Of a stretch of DNA of 64,000 bases, positions 58,494 through 64,000 are shown piece by piece. Under the pieces are notes generated by a model. It saw only the letters and a program-made list of their open reading frames with translations, had not been told where the DNA came from and ran no database searches. The stretch covers positions 553,363 to 617,362 of the forward strand of contig CAWKPH010000001.1 in assembly GCA_963851445.1 (NCBI GenBank), written 5' to 3'. Both the position numbers and the translations under genes were made by a program. The stretch's first letter is position 1. Each line of letters starts with the position of its first letter. Origin of the DNA: an uncultured bacterium (lineage in GTDB: Bacteria; Patescibacteriota; Minisyncoccia; Phycocordibacterales; Phycocordibacteraceae).

Positions 58494-59771
58494 ATGCAAG
58501 CGAACACCGCCACAATCGCAAAACCCTTGTTTGATAGAGGGTTTTTCTCTGCAAGCTCGATCATCTTCGCTGGCGCGTTCGTCGTCAATATTCTCAACTA
58601 CATCTTCACACTCATTATGAGCCGCCTGCTTGGAGTGGCTGCATTCGGCGAGGTTGCTGCAATGATAAGTCTCCTGACTATCATCGCAGTGCCCGCAAGC
58701 GCCCTAGCCATGCTTATGACGCGTGAAGTCGCTTTCCGCAGTGCGTCTGGTGGAGATGAGGTGCGCAATCTCTTCCTCTTCCTACGCAAGCACATACTCA
58801 TCGCTGCCTTCGGCTTCTGGGTTCTCTTTTTGGCCGTCGCTCCACTGCTTTCATACTTCTTGCATATACCATACCTGCTCTTTGCAGTATTTAGTCTCAT
58901 ACTTCCATTCTCCATCGCGGGAGCTCTGCAATCTGGTACGCTTCAAGGGTTGCAGGAGTTTTTCACGCTCTCCAAGCAGAATGTTCTTGGCGCAATCATT
59001 AAGCTCGCCATCGCCATCCTTCTTGTGCTTGCTGGATTTTCGGTACTTGGCGTGGTCGTAGCGCTCGTCTGCGCACAGGGTGCTACATGGCTTTTTGGAT
59101 ATCTAGCAACGAAGAGCACGCTTGACCTCTCTCGGGATACCCCACGTCAGCCGATGGATGCGCGGCCCCTCCGTCTCTTCTTCTCCGTGACGCTTATCAC
59201 GACGTTCCTGCTTGCACTCCTGTCGAATACGGATCTACTCCTAGCTAAGCACTTTCTGCCGGAGACGCTTGCGGGGGAATATGGCGGCCTCTTCACGCTC
59301 GGCAACATTATCATCTACGGTATTGGTGCATTCACGACCGTACTTCTGCCTATGGCCTCTTCCGCACGCGCCAAAGGAAACGGAGGAGAGCGGCACATTC
59401 TGGGTCTCTCTATGGCGGTCATAGCGGTTGCTGCCTTTGCCGCGTGGGCGCTCTTCTCGCTGTTCCCAGGGATCATTATCGGTCTTCTCTTTGGAGCACG
59501 GTACCTATCAGTTGCTCCTGTGCTTGGCCGCTACGCCATTGCCGAGGGATGCATCTCGCTCTCGCTCGCGCTTATCAATTATTTCGTAGCTGTAGGCAAC
59601 AAGTCATTCCTTTATATGCTAGGGCTCGGTATTCTGGTGGAAGTGGGGCTTATTTGGTTCAATCACACTTCCATCCTCGCCATCACCACGATGCTGGTCG
59701 CATCTTCCGTGCTCCTGCTCGTACTGATGGCCTCGAATTATTTCTTTACCACTAAGCCACGCACCATATGA
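58494..59771 (+). CDS. Wzx/MOP-family polysaccharide flippase
   Basis: SRLLGVAAFG, about 12 TM segments, DLLLAKHF...AGEY. Confidence 0.88.
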   Translation: MQANTATIAKPLFDRGFFSASSIIFAGAFVVNILNYIFTLIMSRLLGVAAFGEVAAMISLLTIIAVPASALAMLMTREVAFRSASGGDEVRNLFLFLRKHILIAAFGFWVLFLAVAPLLSYFLHIPYLLFAVFSLILPFSIAGALQSGTLQGLQEFFTLSKQNVLGAIIKLAIAILLVLAGFSVLGVVVALVCAQGATWLFGYLATKSTLDLSRDTPRQPMDARPLRLFFSVTLITTFLLALLSNTDLLLAKHFLPETLAGEYGGLFTLGNIIIYGIGAFTTVLLPMASSARAKGNGGERHILGLSMAVIAVAAFAAWALFSLFPGIIIGLLFGARYLSVAPVLGRYAIAEGCISLSLALINYFVAVGNKSFLYMLGLGILVEVGLIWFNHTSILAITTMLVASSVLLLVLMASNYFFTTKPRTI

Positions 59772-60714
59772 AAAAGAAAGTGATCTCCATTGTCATACCG
59801 GTACATAACGAGGAAAAGAATATCCCGCTCGTGTATACAGAGCTGCGAAAGATAGTCGGGGGGGTCCAGCATTCCCCTATGCATACGAGATACTGTTCGT
59901 GAACGACGGGAGCACAGACGGGAGCCAGAAGGCGATTGACGCGCTCGCTGCTGAAGACGAAGCGGTGCGCGGCATCGAGTTCACACGCAATTTTGGCAAA
60001 GAAGCAGCGACCACCGCCGGTATTCGTGAGGCAGCAGGGGATGCGGTGATTTGTCTTGATGCCGACCTACAGCACCCGCCAGCGCTGATACCCGAGTTCA
60101 TCAAACGCTGGGAGAGCGGAGCGGAAGTAGTCGTCGGTGTGCGTTCGAGTAACAATGGGGAAGGCCTCGTGAAGCGCTACGGCTCTAAGCTTTTCTATGC
60201 GCTCATGTCGCGTATCTCGGATACTCCGCTTATCCCGGGAGAAACTGATTTTTGTCTTCTTGACCGTGAGGTGGCGGAAGCATTTAAGACGCTCCGCGAG
60301 CGTGGACGCATGACGCGCTCCCTTATCAGTTGGCTCGGGTATAGAAAGGAAACGATTCCTTTTGCCGCCCCCGCCCGCTTGCACGGGACAGCATCGTATT
60401 CGTTCACGAAGCTCGTGCGGCTTGCACTCAACTCTATTGCCTCTAACTCTCTTTTCCCGCTGCGTGCAGCCGCATATCTCGGCCTCTTCATTACCGTGGG
60501 TTCGTTTGTGCTCGGCGTCGTCGTTTTTGCTGAACGGTATCTCTTTGCCGACGCCCTGCATTGGCATGTCTCGGGCGCAGCACAGCTTTCCATCATTAAT
60601 GCGTTTCTGGTTGGCATCGTGATGATGATGCTTGGGCTCGTCTCCATCTATATCGGCCGCATCAACGAGGAGGTCTCGCATCGACCGCTCTATGTGGCTC
60701 GCAAGCAGAAGTAA
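59768..60714 (+). pseudogene. GtrB-like GT2 glycosyltransferase interrupted by a frameshift at a G7 tract
   Basis: N-terminal ISIVIPVHNEE from ATG 59768 is out of frame with VNDGSTDGS...RNFGKEAA...DADLQHPP; G8 (or G5) at 59858-59864 restores the frame. Confidence 0.8.
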
Positions 60715-60720
60715 TAAGTC

Positions 60721-61821
60721 ATGAAGGTACTCTGGCTCACATGGAAAGATAGAAAGAATCCTTTAGCGGGCGGAGCTGAAGTGGTGAATGAAGAACTTGC
60801 GAAGCGACTCGCAGCGGATGGTCATGAAGTGATTTTCCTGGTTGGCGGGTTCACTGGAGGTGAGGCTGAAGAGATGCGCGATGGATTTAAGATTGTCCGC
60901 GTAGGTAGTCGCTTTAGCGTATATTGGCACGCATATAAATACTATAAGAAGCATCTTTCAGCATGGCCAGATTTAGTCATAGACGAAGTAAACACGATTC
61001 CATTTTTCTCGAAGTTCTACGCCAAGCAAAAGAATCTACTGTTCGTACACCAGCTTTGCCGTGAAATCTGGTTCTATGAAATGTTCTTCCCGCTCAGTAT
61101 CATCGGCTACGTTATCGAGCCAATATACCTCTGGCTCCTACGCGACAGGGAAGTCATCACAGTCTCGGAAAGCACCAAAAAAGACCTTATACGTTTTGGA
61201 TTCAAAGCAGAAAAGATACATATAATAAGTGAAGGTATTGAGATTGAGCCATTAGCAGACTTGAATTTAGTGCAGAAGTTCCCACATCCTACTGTCCTCG
61301 CGCTTGGTACTATACGAGCGATGAAGCGTACGGATCATATAGTGAGGGCGTTTGAAATTGCGAAAGCGGCTATTCCAGATTTGGAATTGGTAGTGGCTGG
61401 AAAGGCTGAAGGGAAGTATGGCGAGAAGGTATTAAAGATGCTGAAGGATTCGTCTTATGCGAGTTCGATAAAGTACCTCGGTCCAGTGTCGAAAGAAAAG
61501 AAGATCGAGCTTCTACAGAAATCTCATGTACTTGCAGTCACTTCAATAAAGGAAGGATGGGGACTTGTTGTGACTGAAGCGGGAAGTCAGGGCACTCCAG
61601 CAGTCGTCTATGATGTAGATGGGCTTCGTGATAGTGTTAGGGATGAAAAGACAGGAATCGTTTGTCGAAAGAATACTCCACAGAAGCTTGCGGTAGGTAT
61701 TTCCAATGTGCTCAAAAGTGATACCTATAGTCAGTATTGCGAAAGAACATGGAATCTCAATAAGAAGATTACTTTTAGTAAGAGTTATGAAGATTTTTTA
61801 AATATTATTACTCATGTTTAA
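60721..61821 (+). CDS. Glycosyltransferase family 4
   Basis: AGGAE, KR, EGWGLVVTEA...GTPAV. Confidence 0.92.
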   Translation: MKVLWLTWKDRKNPLAGGAEVVNEELAKRLAADGHEVIFLVGGFTGGEAEEMRDGFKIVRVGSRFSVYWHAYKYYKKHLSAWPDLVIDEVNTIPFFSKFYAKQKNLLFVHQLCREIWFYEMFFPLSIIGYVIEPIYLWLLRDREVITVSESTKKDLIRFGFKAEKIHIISEGIEIEPLADLNLVQKFPHPTVLALGTIRAMKRTDHIVRAFEIAKAAIPDLELVVAGKAEGKYGEKVLKMLKDSSYASSIKYLGPVSKEKKIELLQKSHVLAVTSIKEGWGLVVTEAGSQGTPAVVYDVDGLRDSVRDEKTGIVCRKNTPQKLAVGISNVLKSDTYSQYCERTWNLNKKITFSKSYEDFLNIITHV

Positions 61822-62620
61822 TCCACTCGTATCAGTTATTGTTCCTACTAAAAATTCCTCTCAATTCATAGAGGCTTGCTTGAAATCTATTAAGGAACAA
61901 ACATATAAAAACATTGAGATAATCGTTGTCGATAACAGCTCAACTGATGATACGCAGATTATAGCTAAGAAATATACAGAGCTTGTTTTCACAAAAGGTC
62001 CCGAACGAAGTGCTCAAGTTAATTATGGCGTAGAGAAATCAAAGGGTGAATTTGTATACAAAGTTGATTCTGATTTTACCTTAGACCCTAAAGTTGTTGA
62101 AGAATGTGTATTAGAAGCAAATAAAGGTTTTGATGCGATTATAGTTCATAACTCTCCCGATGTAACTGTCAGCTGGATAGCAAAAATACGAAAATTTGAG
62201 GTAGATATGTATAAATATGACATTACACATTCCTCAGCACGATTTGTTAAAAAAGAAGTGTATCAAAAGATCGGTGGCTTCAATGAAAAGATTACTGCAG
62301 GAGAAGATTATGATTTTCAGAATAAATTAAATAGACAGGGTTACAAGACAGGTTTCATTGTAGCTGAAGCACTTCATCATGGAGAACCAAAATACTTTTG
62401 GCCTCACATGATGAAATATTTTGCTTACGGTAGAGACTTTGTTAATTACAAGGCAGAAAATGAAGAGGAGTCTAAGGAGCAATTAAGCCTTGGTAGATCC
62501 GTATACTTTAAAAATTGGAAGAATTTCCTCAAGCACCCCATTCTTGGAGGCGAATTTATAATTTATACGTTGTTTAAGTTTGGATTTGGAGGCGTTGGAT
62601 ATATTTTTGGAAAACTATGA
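61814..62620 (+). CDS. Glycosyltransferase family 2
   Basis: VSVIVPTKN, VDNSSTD, VDSD, GGFNE...GEDYD. Confidence 0.92.
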   Translation: MFNPLVSVIVPTKNSSQFIEACLKSIKEQTYKNIEIIVVDNSSTDDTQIIAKKYTELVFTKGPERSAQVNYGVEKSKGEFVYKVDSDFTLDPKVVEECVLEANKGFDAIIVHNSPDVTVSWIAKIRKFEVDMYKYDITHSSARFVKKEVYQKIGGFNEKITAGEDYDFQNKLNRQGYKTGFIVAEALHHGEPKYFWPHMMKYFAYGRDFVNYKAENEEESKEQLSLGRSVYFKNWKNFLKHPILGGEFIIYTLFKFGFGGVGYIFGKL

Positions 62621-63819
62621 AGATTTTCCACATTGAGCTTGCAAAAACAGGAACCGGCTTAAGCGGCGGAGAAAAGTGCATGGTTGAGATAATTCGTTAT
62701 TTCACTCAAAAGAAGTTAGTAAATGTGATATTGACGACAGACAATGGAAAGGAGCTTTACGAGCGACTTGGTTTGAAGGAAGATGAATACATAAAGTATA
62801 TAACGATTGATTCATTCTGGACTGAGTCGAAATTTCATATATTCATTTCTTATATTCTACGCCTTTTCTACTTCGGCAAGATTAAGAAAAGCATCATCGC
62901 TTCAATAGATAGAGAGAGCGATGTTTTGATGTGCCACTCCGATTTCTTTCCAAACACCATTCCTTCATGGGAGCTTTCTAAGTATTTTAATAAGAAAACA
63001 TTTTACTGGTTCCACATGAAGGCACCAGATATTTGGCGTGGTTATATGGGAGAATTCACAGGTAAGTTTCATTTGCCGAACATACGAATTATTCACTATA
63101 AACTTAACCAAGTGCTATTTAATCTTATTTCTAAAAAAGGGATTATTATAAGTGTGAATCCATATTACAAGAGTCTATTTAAGAAAAAGGGTACCTATCT
63201 CTTAAAGAAATTCGGCGGGGAACAAGTATACACAATCAATAAGTACTCTGGAGTTAAGGCTGGATATACTCAGGAGACTGAAATCAAGTACGATCTAGCC
63301 TTTATGGGTAGGTTTCATCCACAAAAGGGTCTTGATGAAATACCAAAGATACTTAAAGAAATAAAATCCTATAAGCCAGACGTAAAGCTTGTTATTATAG
63401 GTGGTGGCGATGAAGCCCGTGAAAAGAAGTTGCTGAAGGAACTAAACGCACTGGGTCTTCAAGAGAACTTCTATTATGCAGGTTACATTTCGTCCGACGA
63501 GAAGTTTGATTACTTGAGAAGCGCAAAAGTGTTTGTGTTTCCGAGTTATTATGAAAGTTTTGGACAAGTTGCACTTGAGGCGATGGCAAATGGGTTGCCG
63601 GTAGTTGCATACAATCTACCTATATTTAATGTGTTTGAGGAAGGAATGATAAAAGTTCCAGTTTTGGATAATGTAGCTTTTGCAAAAGAAACATACAAAC
63701 TTCTCTCAGATCCAGATTACTATAATAAGATGAAGAGTGAAGCTAGTTCTTATGCTGCAACATTCTCATGGGATAAAACCGGTGAGGAGATATATAAGCT
63801 CATCATGGGTATTTCCTAG
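62617..63819 (+). CDS. Glycosyltransferase family 4
   Basis: SGGE, GRFHPQKG, FPSYYESFGQVALEAMANGLPVV. Confidence 0.92.
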   Translation: MKIFHIELAKTGTGLSGGEKCMVEIIRYFTQKKLVNVILTTDNGKELYERLGLKEDEYIKYITIDSFWTESKFHIFISYILRLFYFGKIKKSIIASIDRESDVLMCHSDFFPNTIPSWELSKYFNKKTFYWFHMKAPDIWRGYMGEFTGKFHLPNIRIIHYKLNQVLFNLISKKGIIISVNPYYKSLFKKKGTYLLKKFGGEQVYTINKYSGVKAGYTQETEIKYDLAFMGRFHPQKGLDEIPKILKEIKSYKPDVKLVIIGGGDEAREKKLLKELNALGLQENFYYAGYISSDEKFDYLRSAKVFVFPSYYESFGQVALEAMANGLPVVAYNLPIFNVFEEGMIKVPVLDNVAFAKETYKLLSDPDYYNKMKSEASSYAATFSWDKTGEEIYKLIMGIS

Positions 63820-63821
63820 AT

Positions 63822-64000
63822 ATGTTTAAAAAATTTAAGTTACCCGTTTTTCTGGAAAACATTCTTATAGAGCAGAATGTTTTGGCATTACTTCTATTTT
63901 TCGTGATATTTGTATTGCTCTTTATTCCTATTTGGCATGGGGAGGGTCAATATTGGGATAATAGTTTTCCATTTTTTTCAGATCAGCTTGGCAACTACTT
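63822..64000 (+). CDS. Membrane protein (3'-truncated by window edge)
   Basis: ATG 2 nt after the GT4 stop; open to the window end; one TM segment. Confidence 0.55.
   Translation, partial: MFKKFKLPVFLENILIEQNVLALLLFFVIFVLLFIPIWHGEGQYWDNSFPFFSDQLGNY

Noticed and set aside
1-64000. tRNA/rRNA genes, IS transposases, reverse transcriptase/DGR
   Set aside because: None recognised by eye; tRNAscan-SE and HMM searches would be needed to exclude them formally

Overview
64-kb bacterial window, standard genetic code, most likely from a Patescibacteria/CPR (Parcubacteria-like) genome. That assignment is an inference from gene content, near-leaderless TGnTATAnT promoters and a Lys-rich RpoD N-terminus. 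1-38 kb is mostly housekeeping and envelope genes: dnaG-rpoD, UvrD-nuclease fusion, hisS, prmC, an ECF sigma/MacAB operon, a GH130 mannoside-catabolism cluster with an unusual PMM-FAD-oxidase fusion, undecaprenyl-phosphate glycosylation genes and a YadGH-type ABC transporter. 58.5-64 kb is a surface-polysaccharide cluster with a poly-G frameshift. The main signal is 38.1-56.3 kb: a tandem array of about 24 mostly single-gene units (0.43-1.46 kb between sites) separated by a same-orientation 27-bp quasi-palindromic site (GCTCCGCnnn-N6-GAnGTTAGAAC, 19 copies) or a longer hairpin variant (4-5 copies). Most units carry their own TTGACA promoter, SD, gene and terminator. This is an integron-like cassette array with non-attC sites and no recombinase in the window. 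Its distal end contains a roughly 520-nt densely structured non-coding region, a candidate large ncRNA. All product calls are from motif recognition by eye; no database searches were run.
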